Source: the human T2T-CHM13v2.0 reference genome, Homo sapiens
DNA length: 64,000 nucleotides
Assembly: GCF_009914755.1 (NCBI RefSeq)
Contig: NC_060932.1
Reading direction: 5' to 3' (one strand)
A model generated the notes under the pieces. That model searched no databases and had not been told where the DNA came from. It worked only from the letters and a program-made list of their open reading frames with translations. A program made the position numbers and the translations under genes. Numbering within the stretch: the stretch's first letter is position 1; each line of letters starts with the position of its first letter. Of this stretch, positions 1 to 14,945 are shown in pieces.

Positions 1-680
1 AAGTATCTATGAAAGAAACTAGCTCTGGAAGAGCTGCGGAGTATAATTAGTGTGTTACTGCAACCCAATGGAGCACAAAAATTAAGGATGGCTTCATAGA
101 AAAGTGTAGGAAACATTTTATCTATCTCACCTCACTCAGGCTGGCACAAGTCTGTACAAAGAAGAATCCTCTCGGGGTTCACTTCTTCCCACAGGGGAAA
201 GGGGAACAGGAAAACCCCAGCAGCCTTCACCACCAAGGACTCCAGCAGCCCTCTCCACCACTGCAGATGCCCATGGCCAATGCAACTTAGGACCCCTACA
301 GTCTTTGCTGACACTGACTGTAGCTGATAGAGCTGTCTGGAATCCTCATTGCTGCAACCTCCCTTTCTGGTACTAGAGCCTCTGCTGTTCCTCCCTCCCC
401 AGGGGCTGGACCTGCCACTGTATGCACCTCTCTCGGTAACCTGACTCTCTGCAACCCTTCCTGCCACCCTTGGAACTGCACACATAGTACCTGCACCCGA
501 TGAAATCACCAAAGAAACCCAGTATATTCTCAGTAACTGACACTGAAAAAGGCATAATTGTAGGCTGCCTGAAAAAAAAAAATCAAAAGTATTGTTTTTT
601 GAAGAAGTTTAAGGAGAGCTTGAACCCTCAACAAAATCAGAAAAAACAATACATGAAAAAAATAGGAATCCAACAGAGTT
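1..680 (+). mobile_element. Old L1M 5' region and ORF1 N-terminal remnant
   Basis: 533-680 resembles the L1M ORF1 start (gtaactgac...gctgcctgaaaaa...aaaatcagaaaaaacaatacatgaa). The upstream C-rich sequence is compatible with an L1M 5'UTR. Family recalled, not searched. Confidence 0.5.
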
Positions 681-719
681 GGATTTTAGTCATTAACCTT
701 AGAGCAGTTCTTCGTTTAT

Positions 720-2696
<1,977 letters not shown>

Positions 2697-2709
2697 TTTC
2701 TACTTATCC

Positions 2710-4329
2710 CCACTTTGTATGTCTTCTTTTGAGAAGTGCTTGTTTATGTCCTTTTCCCATGTTTTAATGGAGTTTATTTTTTTTCTTTTTGTTTTGTTCA
2801 AGGTATTTATAGATTCGGGATAATAGTGGTTTTTTTGGATGCAGAGTTTGTAAATATCTTCTCCCATTCTGTAGATAGTCTGTTTACTCTGCTGCAAATC
2901 CACCAGCACCTTAAAAAGTTAATCCACCAAAATCAAGTATGCTTTATTCCTGGGATGCAAGGTTGGTTCAACACACACAAATTAATAAACATGATTTACC
3001 ATATGAACAGAATTAAGAACAAAAAACTTATCATCATCTCATTAGATGCCAAAAAAAGCTTTCAATGCAATCCAACATCCATGCATAATGAAAAACCTCA
3101 ACAAACTAGGCATCAAAGGAACATACCTCAAAATAATGAAAGCCATCTATGACAAACCCACAGTCAAGATTATGCTGAATGGGCAAAAGCTGGAAGCATT
3201 CCCCTTTAGAACTGGAACAATACAAAGATGTCCACTCTCACCACTTCTATTCAACATAGTACTGGAAGTCCTAGTCAGATCAGTCAGGCAAGAGAAAGAA
3301 ATAAAAGGCAAACAAACAGGGAAAGAGGAAATTAAATTATCCCTCTTCACTGATGATACAATTCTATACCTAGAAAACCCTGAAGACCCTAACAAAAGGC
3401 TTGTGGAATTACAAAATTACTTCAGTCATGTTTCAGGATACAAAATCAATGTACAAAAACTGGTAGCATTTTTATACACCAATAATGTTTATGCTGAGAG
3501 CCAAATCAGGAATACAATTCCATTTACAATAGCTGAGAAAAATGAAATATCCAAGAATACATCGAACCAAGAAAGTGAAAGAGCTGTGTAAGATTAACTA
3601 TAAAACATTGCTGAAAGAGATCATAGATGACACAAATAAATGAAAAAACATTTTAGGCTTATGGATTGGAAGAATCCATATCATTAAAATGTCCATATGT
3701 CAATAGCAATCTGTAGATTCAATGCCATTCTTATCAAACTACCAATGGCATTTTTCACAGAATTAGAAAAAACTTTTCTAATGTTCGTATGGGACCAAAG
3801 GAGTCTGAATAGCCAAAGCAATCCTAAGCACAAAGACAAAGCATGAGGCATCACATTACCTGATCTCCAACTATACTACAAGGCTACTAACCAAAACAGA
3901 ATGGTACTGGTACAAAAATAGACACATAGACCAATGGAACCTAACAGAACCTAGAAATAAAATCACACACCTACAAACAAATGATCTTTGACAAAGTCAA
4001 CAGAAATAAGCAATGGAGAAACTTCCCACTCAATAAGTGGTACTGGGGAAGCTGGTTAGCCATATGCAGAAGAATAAAACTGAACCCTTACCTATCACCA
4101 TTTGTAAAAATTAACTCAAGATGAATTGAACACTTAAACAAAAGACCTCTGATTGCAAAAAAAAAAAAACAAAATCCTAAAAGATAACCTGGTAAATAAC
4201 CTTTTATACATTAGCCTTTGCAAATAATTTATGACTGAGTCCTCAAAAGCAATTGTCACCCAAAAAATTGACAGGTGGGAGCTAATTAAACTAAAGAGCT
4301 TCTGTACAGCAAAATAAACTACCAACAGA
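2710..4329 (-). mobile_element. L1PB-like element with 5' inversion (2710-2894 minus; 2895-4329 inverted, reads plus); 3' end missing
   Basis: The plus segment encodes decayed RT motifs ([22 protein letters not shown]) and ends ...actaccaacaga. The minus segment starts cagcagagtaaacagac, the next consensus bases. Confidence 0.85.
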
Positions 4330-4343
4330 TATAACAATTCTTC

Positions 4344-4652
4344 TTCTTCTTTTTTTTTTTTTTTTTTTTTGAGATGGAGTCTCGCTCTGTCACCCAGGCT
4401 AGAGTACAGTGGTACCATCTTGGCTCACTGCAACCTCTAACTCCCAGGTTCAAGCAATTCTCTTGCCTCAGCCTCCTGAATAACTAGGATTACAGGTGCC
4501 CACCACCACACTTGGTTAATTTTTGTATTTTTAGTAGAGACAGAGTTTCACCAAGTTGGCCAGGCTGGTCTCTAACTCCTGACCTCAGGTGATCCGCCTG
4601 CCTTGGCCTCCCAAAGTGCTGGGATTACAGGTATGAGCCACTGCACCCAGCC
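4344..4652 (-). mobile_element. AluS (Sx-like), full length
   Basis: Dimeric Alu with poly-T. 13-bp TSD ataacaattcttc at 4331-4343 and 4653-4665. Confidence 0.97.
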
Positions 4653-4665
4653 ATAACAATTCTTC

Positions 4666-4950
4666 AAATCAAAAGTATTAGAAGCTGAAAATGAAAAATC
4701 CATCAATACAGTGGGAGATTGAATACTCTCAGTATTTGATAGTATTCTCAATAATTGATAGAGGAATAAATGAAACAGTCATAGCCTGTAGATGATTTGA
4801 ACAATGCATTAGTAATTTCAAGATAATGAACAAATTCAGAACCTTATGCTCTATAATCAGGATATTCATTACTCTCAAGCATAAATGAAACACTCATACT
4901 AATGGAACAGATGTCAGGCCAAAAAAATGTGAGTAGGTAATATAAAAAAG
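4666..4950 (+). mobile_element. Ancient L1M endonuclease-region fragment
   Basis: aaatccatcaatacagtgggagattgaatactctcagtatttgatag resembles the L1 EN 'GDFNTPLS' region. Highly diverged. Confidence 0.5.
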
Positions 4951-6381
4951 TCTTCTGACTTTTTATAAGCTATGAGGCCTTATTAGGGTGGACAGTAGCT
5001 TATACAAGGCAATTTACTCTTTCAAAGAACAAAAACTTCTATTCTGCAAGAGAGTTTGAAGTTGTGAGTCCAGAAGTGAAGCCAGGTGGAGAATTGGAAT
5101 GTTTAAATGAAGAGTAAAATACAATAATATGTTCTCGGTTCTCCTGATACCTTTTGCAGAAGGCATACTTTGAATCTCACTCAGACAGCATCTTAAAGCA
5201 ACTGTTAGTACTGAATTTTGGGGACAGATCCATCAGGGTAAAACACAAAGTCCAAGGTGGAATTCTGTTACCCACCAATACCATGGTATAGATCTTCCAT
5301 GTTTGTCCCAAAATTTTAGTCACACTTACCAAGTCACTGGTTTATTGCCCAGCTCTGCCAAAGGAAGCACCCTATTTGTAAGAATATTTACAGAGAATGG
5401 CTTGCCCCTGATCATTTTGGGAACAGGCTAAAATATTTAATTTTTCACTGAAATGAGATGGTTATTCCCTTCCTTTGTAAGACATTGTTTTTTTTTAAAA
5501 CAAAATCAATATAGATTGTATTTGGAGCTAGTAAGAATCTACTTTTACAGTAATTTCAAGTATATTGCTTGCTATTCATTCAATGTTTTTTCAGCCTATG
5601 GAACATTGTTCTACTATAATCAAATCACCATAAAATATCAGAAGAATCTTTCAGGAACAAACACAATACTCTGTATTATGTTCTGATAAAATTTCAACTG
5701 ATTTAATCACATTATGTAAAGACTTTCGTGGCTCTCAGAGTCTACAAAGTCATACCTGATTTTCATAATATAGCTTTTAAAATGTGTATGCAGTGCAGGT
5801 TTTCAGTAGAATGAAGAAAGCTTGGAATAATCACTGTGCAAAAGTGGAAGGAAAGGTTAAAGATGAAGAGCAGATTAAAGGAATGATCTAGAATTATGCA
5901 AAGACCTCGGTTCTACAAATCTAGGACCCTTTTAAATTAAAATCTTCACTTAGGAATCTTCAACGAGACCTAATTCAAGCTCTAAAATCTCATAATCAGT
6001 GTAATATAATTGTAAATCCTCAAGGAGACAAGTTTACTTTGTTTTACCCTAAATGGGCCAAGAAAAAAAAAGATTAAGTGTTCATATTACCTCTTTTATC
6101 TGGGTACTTATTTTTTAGTCTACTCTCTGAAGGTGCCATATTTTATGTTTTATGTGGGAGTCTCAAATCCATGCTTTCCATTGAATTAAGTCTAAATTTT
6201 ATCTCTTGTCCCTGTGCATCTCTTTAAAACCAAAGCTTTAGACTGCCAAAATTCTGTCGATATCCCAAAGGCAGCTCCTGTCTTGGGTACTTGCTCACCT
6301 CTCTGAAGGCATGTTTTTTTTTTTTTTTTTTTTAACATGTTTTGGCCTATAAATACTTTTCCTTTCTTTATGCCATGTCAC

Positions 6382-6469
6382 ATGTTAAGTTAGAGTTCCC
6401 CAGAGAAACAGAACCAATAGGATATAGGTATATAGGATAGATAGATGATAGATAGATAAGTGGATAGAC

Positions 6470-6501
<32 letters not shown>

Positions 6502-7055
6502 GGATAGATAGATAGATAATAGATGATAGATGATAGATAAGAGATTTATTATGGGAATTGGCTCCAGCAATTATGGAAGCTGAGAAGTCCCATGATATAT
6601 GGTCCACAAGCTGGAAACTCAGGAAAGACAGTGGTGTCACTCAGCCCAAGTATGAGCATCTGAGAACCAGGAAAGCCTATGCTATAACTTCCAGTCCAAA
6701 GTCAAAAGCCTGAGAACTGGGGGAGGGGGCTTCGGCATCAATCCTGTAATCCAAAAGCCCGAGAACCTGTAGCTCCAATGGCGGTAGTGCAGATGACGAT
6801 GGAAGGTTCTGATTGAGGAGAGAGAGAGACAGAATTCTCCTTTCCTTTACCTTTTTATTCTATTCAGGCAGGTTCTCAATGGATTGGATGAGACCCACTC
6901 ACACTGGTGAGGGTACATCTTCTTTACTCAGTCCACTGATTCAAAGGCTAATGTCCTCTGGAAACACCCTCATAGACATACCCTTAAGTAATGTTTTACC
7001 AGCTACCTATGTATCTCTTAATCCAGTCACGTTGACACATAAAATTAACCATTCA
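6382..7055 (-). mobile_element. MLT2 (ERVL) solo LTR
   Basis: ccagagaaacagaaccaatagg...gagatttattatgggaattggctc...gttgacacataaaattaaccattca, the reverse complement of the MLT2 start. Confidence 0.9.
6436..6540. repeat. Compound (GATA)n microsatellite within MLT2
   Basis: Interrupted GATA array. Longest pure run (GATA)7 at 6471-6498. Confidence 0.97.
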
Positions 7056-7159
7056 AACATATGCATTTAAAAAGATTACAAAACACTCTTACGTGGTGTT
7101 TTAGCTTGTGATGTGATCAAAACAGTGAAAATTTCTTAGAATAGAATGTTCTCTAGACT

Positions 7160-7670
7160 ATTGTGTTTGTTCCTGAAAGATTCCTCTGATATAGAAAATA
7201 GAACCCGAGAGAAAGGATTTTATTCAGGTAATTTGCTTTAGGTAGTGACCTCAGGGGATGAGAGTGGAGGGTCTAGAGGGAGTAAAAGGAAAGCCAAGGA
7301 GACCAATTTCACTATGCATTTTTGAGGCTGGTTACTGCTCTGGGCATGTAGAGTTCAATCCCACTGAAGACTTCTTGGGGACCTATGAAATGCACCTCAG
7401 ACTTTTCCCTCAAAGCACTAGAGAGGCCAGTATTTGCTGAGGAGTTTTAGGCCTATAACTTCAGAGGGTGTTAATTCTTTGACATTTTTAAGTATGTATA
7501 TGTCCAGGATGGTTGAGCAGCTCATGACAGATGTCCCACATGGCTGAAACGGAGTGATGTCTCTGAGGATACACCTCCATACAGATGGTTGCCATAGCAA
7601 GGGCCAGAGCAATGAGTTGGGACAAAGCATGAGATAGAGGGCATAAAATATGCCCAAAATAAGTGTATTG
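7160..7670 (-). mobile_element. Old ERVL-class LTR (LTR16/LTR33-like)
   Basis: cccgagagaaaggattttattcaggtaatttgctttaggtagtgacctcagg resembles the LTR16/33 terminal motif. Diverged, boundaries approximate. Confidence 0.4.
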
Positions 7671-8532
7671 ATGGAGACTGGGTAGGTCACATTGCCAGAA
7701 ACCTACCTTACATCCCAGATTTGGTACTCGGTACTTGGGCGAGCTCAAGCACCACTCTACCGCAGCATTCCTCATTAAGATGGATTTACTATGACCTCAA
7801 TCTGTCTTACTTGGTTTCTTCCTTGCCCACCTCCATTTTATTCCAGGAGAAAAAAAAACATAATTGCCATACAGAAGAATATCATTGTAGCTCATCTTAT
7901 CACTGTTGCTGAAACCAAAACAGGACAAGCAAATGTCCAAAGACATCAGGACTCAGACAAGAGGTAGTGGCCAGAAGTTATGAGAGAGGGCAACTAATTA
8001 GTAGGACTGAACCATGACCAGATAGAGAAATCACATGAAATTAAAAAAACATGGGGATGTCTTTAGAATAGGTGCAAGTGCTAGCTCCTCACTGACAGTA
8101 CTTGAGTCATCACCTCTGAATGCAAGCTCTTAGAATGTATGAAAACACTGGACAAAAGTACCTTATAAACAACCAGTAATTTAAAAGATGACGGTCACTA
8201 TCATATTAATTTTGTACTGAATATATGAAAAATGCCACATCCTTACTCAGGTGAAATAGTGGAAAAGGTGCAGTGTAGATGTAGGGTGCTAGCCCTGATT
8301 TCTAATTCATTTTTTCTTTCCTTTTCTGCTGTATCATGCTGGAGACATCAGTTAAGCTGTCCTGAGTTCCTTATAAATTCTACATTGGTAAAAATTATGT
8401 AGTGATGAGCCATATGTGTACAAGAAAATGTGCATGTCAATTCAATTTTGTTCTTCAAACCAATTATAGCCACAAGCAAGCAGAAACTGAAATGTGTGTA
8501 ATTTCTCAATATGCACTTGCAGAAATAATTTT

Positions 8533-8815
8533 TATTTATTTATTTGAGACAGAGTCTTGCTCTGTTGCCCAGGCTAGAGTGCAATGGCACAATCTTGGCT
8601 CACTGCAACCTCCGCCTCTCAGGTTCAAGCGATTCTCCCGCCTCAGCCTCCTGAGTAGCAGGTGCCACCACACCTGGCTAATTTTTGTATTTTTAGTAGA
8701 GACTGGGTTTCGCCATATTGTCCAGGCTGGTCTCGAACTCCTGACCTCAGGTGATCCACCTGCCTCGGTCTCCCTTAGTGCTGGGATTACAGGCATGAGC
8801 CACCACACCCAGCCC
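8533..8815 (-). mobile_element. AluS (Sx-like)
   Basis: Dimeric Alu with (TTTA)n tail and a small deletion near 8660. Near-TSD agaa(a/t)taatttt on both flanks. Confidence 0.96.
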
Positions 8816-8904
8816 AGAATTAATTTTAAAATGAATTAATGATTTACGAGTTTTGTAAGAGCAAGAATAATTATCTTATATTCCCAGGCCCTGGACTAGA
8901 AACA

Positions 8905-9080
8905 CAGAGAGGACAGGAATCTCATCTATTTCAACCATCATTCTATATTCTACTCAAATTCTAGTGCCTTCTATAAAAGAAGCTCAAAAGACATTTTTTT
9001 GAATGAATGTGTTGAATGAATAAATAGATGTTTGTTGGTTTTTTGAATGGATAATTGAATGATGAATAAATGTATAAATG
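8905..9080 (+). mobile_element. L2 3' end
   Basis: gaggacaggaatctcatctatt...tagtgcc...ttgaatgaatg tail. Confidence 0.6.
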
Positions 9081-10115
9081 TGCTTTTTCCCAAAGATATT
9101 ATTCTATAGCGAAGAGAAGATGTTCACCAAATCCAATTATTTTTCATAAGGATGATTCCATGGTGTGTGTGAGCCTCAAATGATACTTGATATGTGAATT
9201 TTATATCCTATACTTTAAGCCACAGATAATGGCCTCACACATTCAAAAGCATTAGAAAAGGAAGCAATTGCCCTTTAGCAATTTAGGTCCCAAATAATGG
9301 CTCTGAATGGAAATGAAAGAAGACTCAGAGGGCCTATTTGGATAAGAATGGGCACTGGCTTTTCTGAGCATCTTCTGGTACAGTTCCTCCTATTCATTCC
9401 ACTTGAATAAGGTCAGGTAGCTTTTTAATATGTTGTCAAAATGTAATTTCTCTCAAATACTCCCTCTTGGTCTCTTTCAATAGTAACAGTCTCATTCGTG
9501 ATACACTGAATGAATATTCTGCAATTCTCTCAGTATAAATTTCTTGAAGTGTGGGCATTGTATACCTGTCCATAGTTATATGCAGAATACAGAGGAATAG
9601 TCAGCAGTTCTTGAGTCATGCAACCAAAGATTAAGACCTGGATCTGACCCTCACTGGGTGGTCTCACTGGATGATAAGGGCCTCTGTTTTCTCATCTCTA
9701 CACTGCAGTAGGGTTCAGACTATAGGTATTTGTTGAGCCATCAGTAAATGGTAGGCCTTTGGAATACTGAGATAAAGTAGATCTGATCCACACCTTGTTA
9801 GATCAATGAGGAGACAAATATGCAAGCAGAACACTTTCTACAAGATGCATTAAGTACTAGAGAATGAGAGTGAAGCATTTAAGGAAAATCATTTCATTTT
9901 GACAAAGTAATAAAACACATCCTATTCAAGTGTAAGAACTGTAGAATAAGAGTTGAGTAAAGGATATTTTAAAGGTGATTCTGAAAAATAAAATGTCCAG
10001 AGATGCTTGAGGTTTCATTGAGGCCAAAAGAAAAGCATTTCTACCAACCTAGGGATTACAAAGAGAGTTTTCTGGAAATTTCACTTAAGTTGAGAGTTAA
10101 AGAGATGAGTTACTC

Positions 10116-10423
10116 TTTTTTTTTTTTTTTTTTTTTTTTTGAGACAGAGTCGCTCTGTTGCTCAGGCTAGAATGCAATCACACGATTTCGGCTCACTGCT
10201 GCAACCTCTGCCTCCTCGGTTCAAGTGATTCTCCTGCCTCAGACTCCTGAGTAGCTGGGATTACAGGCACCCACCACCACACCTGGCTAATTTTTGTATT
10301 TTTAGTAGTGACGGGCTTTCACTATGTTGGCCAGGCTGGTCTTGAACTCCTGACTTCAAGTGATCTGCCCACCTAGGCCTCCCAAAATGCTGACATTACA
10401 GGTGTGAGCCACCATGCCCCGCC
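10116..10423 (-). mobile_element. AluS
   Basis: Poly-T plus dimeric Alu. Flanking direct repeat atgagtt. Confidence 0.96.
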
Positions 10424-10554
10424 ATGAGTTGCATTTTGACAGGTAGGATGAAGAACAAGGGAGAGAGGGCTGAATTTATGATGGGAAAGTTCTTTGGAGA
10501 CAATGTCATGACAGATTTTGTATGATAGGAATTTGAACTTTATTTTTATAACAT

Positions 10555-11225
10555 TGTAAAGTAAAAATGAAATCCTAAGGTCCCCAGTGACTGAATAGAC
10601 CCCCATTTGACCAAGGGGACCCCAGAGAAACCTTAAACAAAGAGTACCTGGCTTTAATGGGAAGGGAGGTTAGTCAGGCCTCCTTATATGCCCTCCCTTT
10701 TGGAGTTTAGCCACAACAATTGACCAGCATTAATGTTAAAATAGAGATAATGAGAGTGACAAAACAGATTCTTTCTGGCAATAAGGTAATAAATTATAAA
10801 AAAGACTTAAGGCTGTGCAAGGCAAAAGTTAAGTCATGTCCACAGGGCATCAATCTTGCTACATAGGCATCCTTATCTTAACTTAAAACATTCCTTTCTG
10901 CTGACTCCAAGTTTTAGACAGAATCTTACTCCTTTACAAATTGTACATTAAAGCATCTCTGAATCTACCTATTACCTGTAAGCTCCTGCTTCAGGATATT
11001 CTGCCTTTTTGGGCAGAACAACATATATCTTCCTTGTATTGGTTTATGTCTTTGCCTGTTATCTCCCACATCCCTAAAAATGTGCAAAACCAAACTGTAA
11101 TCTGACTGCCTCGAGTGCAATTTCTTAGGACTCCTTGAGACTATGATTTCCCTGGCTGTAGCTCTCTGTATTGGCTCAGAATAAATCTTTCTGAAATATT
11201 TTACAGTTTGGTTTTTCCATTAACA
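10555..11225 (+). mobile_element. ERV1 solo LTR, MER4-group
   Basis: TG...CA ends. Start tgtaaagtaaaaatgaaatcctaagg...gactgaatagacccc; end ttggctcagaataaatc...ttttacagtttggtttttccattaaca. Confidence 0.8.
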
Positions 11226-11244
11226 ATGTAAATGTCAGATATGT

Positions 11245-11440
11245 TGACCCAGGACTCAAATCAGCTAGATTTAAGTCTTAACTTCCCACTTATTAGATGT
11301 GCAATCTTGAGTAGGTTGACTAATAATAACAACTAATAATAGTATCTATCTAGTGTCATTGTAAAGAGTGTACAAATTCACATAGTAAAATGCCTAAAAC
11401 AATACCTTGTGCATTGTAAGTACTTGATAAATGATTGCTA
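11245..11440 (+). mobile_element. MIR
   Basis: MIR core and 3' text: ccacttattagatgtgcaatcttgagtag...gtaagtacttgataaatg. Confidence 0.6.
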
Positions 11441-11911
11441 TCATCATCATCATTAGCAGCAGAAGCAGTAGCATTATAAACTCAATGGCTTTCCTCTCTT
11501 TTCAGTTTGAGATGGAAGGAGATTCTAAAATGCCATTGAGTGAGCTATGAAGGAGGACATACATGAATCTACATATATTTTGAAATTCAAAGATCAGAAA
11601 TTTCCTGGAGAGTTAGGAAATTGTCCGCTACTAATGAGGAGAGACACTGTTCCCCGAAAATGATTAAAGCAGTGCCTCTAACTAGGAACAAAGTTGAATT
11701 CACAGATTTGTCTGGGTTACTTCTCCTCAAAACAGATCAGGCTGTTTATTGTGTAATGCCAGTTGCTCTGGTGATAGGAAGATGACTAAGATTGAAGAGC
11801 ATTATAATGAGAAAGATCTTGTAATGAAGAAATAGTCTTAATTTATATCAACATTTGTCCATCTATAATGTGGGTTTGAAGCATAGCACATCATATTTCC
11901 ATGACACTGGT

Positions 11912-12304
11912 TGTATTAGTCCATTTTTGCATTGCTAAAAAGAAATACCTGAGACTGGGTAACTTATGAGAAAAGAGATTTAATTGGCTCATGGTTCTGC
12001 AGGCTGTATAGGAAGCATAGTGGCATCTGCTTCTGGAGACCCCTCAGGAAGCTTCCAATAATGGCAGAAGGCAAAGGGGAAACAGGTATGTTACGTGGCA
12101 AAAGCAGGAACAAGAAGGAGTGGGGAGGTGCCACACACTTTAAAATGACCAGATTTCATGAGAACTCACTATGACGAAAACAGCACCAAGCCATGAAGGA
12201 TCCACTCCCATAGTCCAAAAAGCTCCCACCAGGCCCCACTTCCAGCACTGGGGATTACAATTCATCATGAGATTTGGGTGGGGACAAATATTCAAACTGT
12301 ATCA
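11912..12304 (-). mobile_element. MSTA (MaLR) solo LTR
   Basis: tgtattagtccattt...ggctcatggttctgcaggctgtataggaagcat...caaactgtatca. Perfect 5-bp TSD ctggt at 11907-11911 and 12305-12309. Confidence 0.95.
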
Positions 12305-12374
12305 CTGGTAGACATAATTAAGGTAAAGTATTCCAAGGGTCTGTGTGGGAGGTGGTCTCCACATTGTTTCTGTC

Positions 12375-12522
12375 TTTGGTTCTCAGAGGATGGTGCATGC
12401 ATTGGCAGCATCCACATCACATAGGAGCCTGTCAGAAATGCAGAACCTCAGGAACCAACCGCAACAATGTGAATCAGAATCAGGTGATTGGGTTGCACGT
12501 TCCAGTTTAACAAACATTGTTC
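12375..12522. mobile_element. MER5A (hAT-Charlie) fragment
   Basis: cagcatccacatcacataggagcctgtcagaaatgcagaacctcagg...caggtgatt. Confidence 0.7.
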
Positions 12523-14202
12523 TACGTTCAGTGTAGATTCTAGATGAGGCTAATGAGGAAATTGTCCATACTTAGTAACCGATTAAGGTTTTGACCAAGC
12601 GATTTTAGGTCAAATGTGCAAAACACAACAAAAAAGGCACTGGAATGCCCATCTTACACTTCTAAAATGAAAAGCCTTGAATGAAGCCAACAAATAACAA
12701 CCTTTCACTGAGGTCATACTCTTAAAAGTAACAAAGTCTGGACTCAAACCAAAATCTTCTGAATTGAGGTTCTTATTCATTTAATCTTATTGGTATGACA
12801 TTTGGGAGACATGAGTTCTAGGCCTGGCTCTTCTTACTAAATGGGTGGACTAAGGCATGTCATTTCACTTCTGATCTTCAGTTTTCCTACCTATATACTA
12901 TAACTGGTTGACTTCATGTTATTTGGTGACCTCCCAACAATGTTTACTCTCTCTGTATCAGGTCATACTTTCATCTTCCCATTTACATTTATACAAAGAG
13001 GTGACCATGGTATATGCACAAATGAAGTTTGCCCTGATACCAGCTTCCAAATCAGCATGACCAATATATTTGCTTAATTATTTCAGTCATTTTTTTTACT
13101 CATTGGGAAAAAATTCATCAGAAAATGACTTCCCATTAATTCATTGCTTTGCTTGGTTATTAAATTAATTGCAGCTATTTCCATTGCTGAATAAAAGTGC
13201 GTGCATACTTTGGATTCAGTCTGATGCTGATAAAAGTTATTATCTGTTTGGAAATCTGCCTGACTTTTCTATTCCACCTGCTGTCGAATTTTAATAGCAT
13301 TGAATGAAACCCCTAATAAGAATTGTAATGACAACCTGCATTTTATAGTACTTTATACTTTCCAAAGCACTTTCAAGGGAATTATACACATGTATTATCT
13401 CATTGATCCTCTATGGCAGGTAGGGAAATGGGGAACACATGGATGGTTTGCATGAAAGCCCAGATTAGCTTCTCTGATTGAACAATTCATGCCTATTTTC
13501 ATTCTGCAGAGAGCAGAGATTTAGACTCAAATATGGCTATTATTTATTTCAGGTCTTCTGACACTTTTTTCTAGACATTATCTCATTTGCTACTCACCAC
13601 CATGCTTTGAGATAGTTATCTTGTTCACTATTTTCAGGTGAGGAAAACAGAAGCTCACATATGTGAAGTACCTTATGAAAGGTCACTGGCTCATAAGAGG
13701 AACAGGATGCAGACTGCAGACTTCTGACTCTCAGCTAGCGTCCCTGCTCATTCCCAAGGAAATGGAAAGACACAATGCTACTGTTATTTGAATGTTTAGG
13801 AGAAGGGTGGGTGGTGGTAAAAGGAAATGTCTCACAAGCCCCACTGGCACTTGATTTGTTGAAACTGTAATAATCACACTATTAATGGGTCTCTTTGGAA
13901 TAATGCTTTTAGGAGGGCTTTTATTGGCATTATTTGTTTGACAAAATAACATTGTGCACTTGATGTCATTAAACCCATTTTACAGATTGAGAAACCGGAA
14001 AATACTGATTTCTCCGTCGTTTACTAAACTGGTAAATGGAAGAACCAAAAGTTTACTCCCCAAAACTGTGCTTTAAATAAGTGACCACTGCCCTTGTACC
14101 TACATTTATTTATTATCTATTAACCCGCTTGCTGGGTCTTCCTTATGAAGAAGTTCGGTAGATCATGTTTGCTTTTTCATTTATGCATAAATATTTAAGA
14201 GG

Positions 14203-14945
14203 CCACACCCATTAAGATGACTACTCTGAAAAAAAAAAAAAGAAAATAAATGTTGGTGAAGATATGAAGAAATTAGAACACTTGTGCATTTCTTATGGGA
14301 ATGTCAAATTGTGTAGCCATGACAGAAGGCAAGTTAGCAGTTTTTCAAAAATTTAGACATAGAATTACTATATAATGCAGAAATTGTACTTATGGATATA
14401 TGTGCACAAGAAATGAAAGCAGGGACTCACATCTTTATACACAGATGGTTATGGCAGTGTTATTCACAATAGCCAAAAGATGAAAACAACCCAAATGCCC
14501 GTTGACAGATGAATAGATAAAAACATGTGCTATATATATACAATGGAATATTATGCAGCCTTAAAAAGGAATAAAATTGTTTAAACAATTTCACAAACTA
14601 TATCATAGATGAATCTTGAAGAAATTATGATAAATTAGATAAGTCTGTAGCAAAATGACAAATATTGTGTTTCCACTTATATAAGGTACATAGAATAGTC
14701 AAATTCATGGAGATAGAAAGTGGAATAGATGTTACAAGCCTTAGAGGGATAAAGTAATGTGTAGTTAGTGCTTCATGGGTACAGAATTTCAGCTTGGGAT
14801 GGTGAAAAAGATTTTGAGATGGACAGTGGTGATGGTTGCAGAACAGTGAGAATGTATTTAATGCCACCAGACTGTATACTTAAAAATGGTTAAAATTGTA
14901 ACATTTTATGTTATATATATTTTATCACAATTTAAAAAACAAATG
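14203..14945 (+). mobile_element. L1MB-like 3' end
   Basis: ORF2 end and 3'UTR: ttattcacaatagccaaaag, caacccaaatgccc, gagatggacagtggtgatggttgc, ttttatcacaatttaaaaaa. Confidence 0.9.

Noticed and set aside
3046-3591. 181-aa ORF with reverse-transcriptase motifs
   Set aside because: Decayed L1 ORF2 fragment (FADD changed to FTDD, QGCP to QRCP) flanked by frameshifts and stops. Not a novel RT system.
8402-8839. 145-aa ORF and similar ORFs at 21737, 26083-26765 and 52451
   Set aside because: Alu read-through translations.
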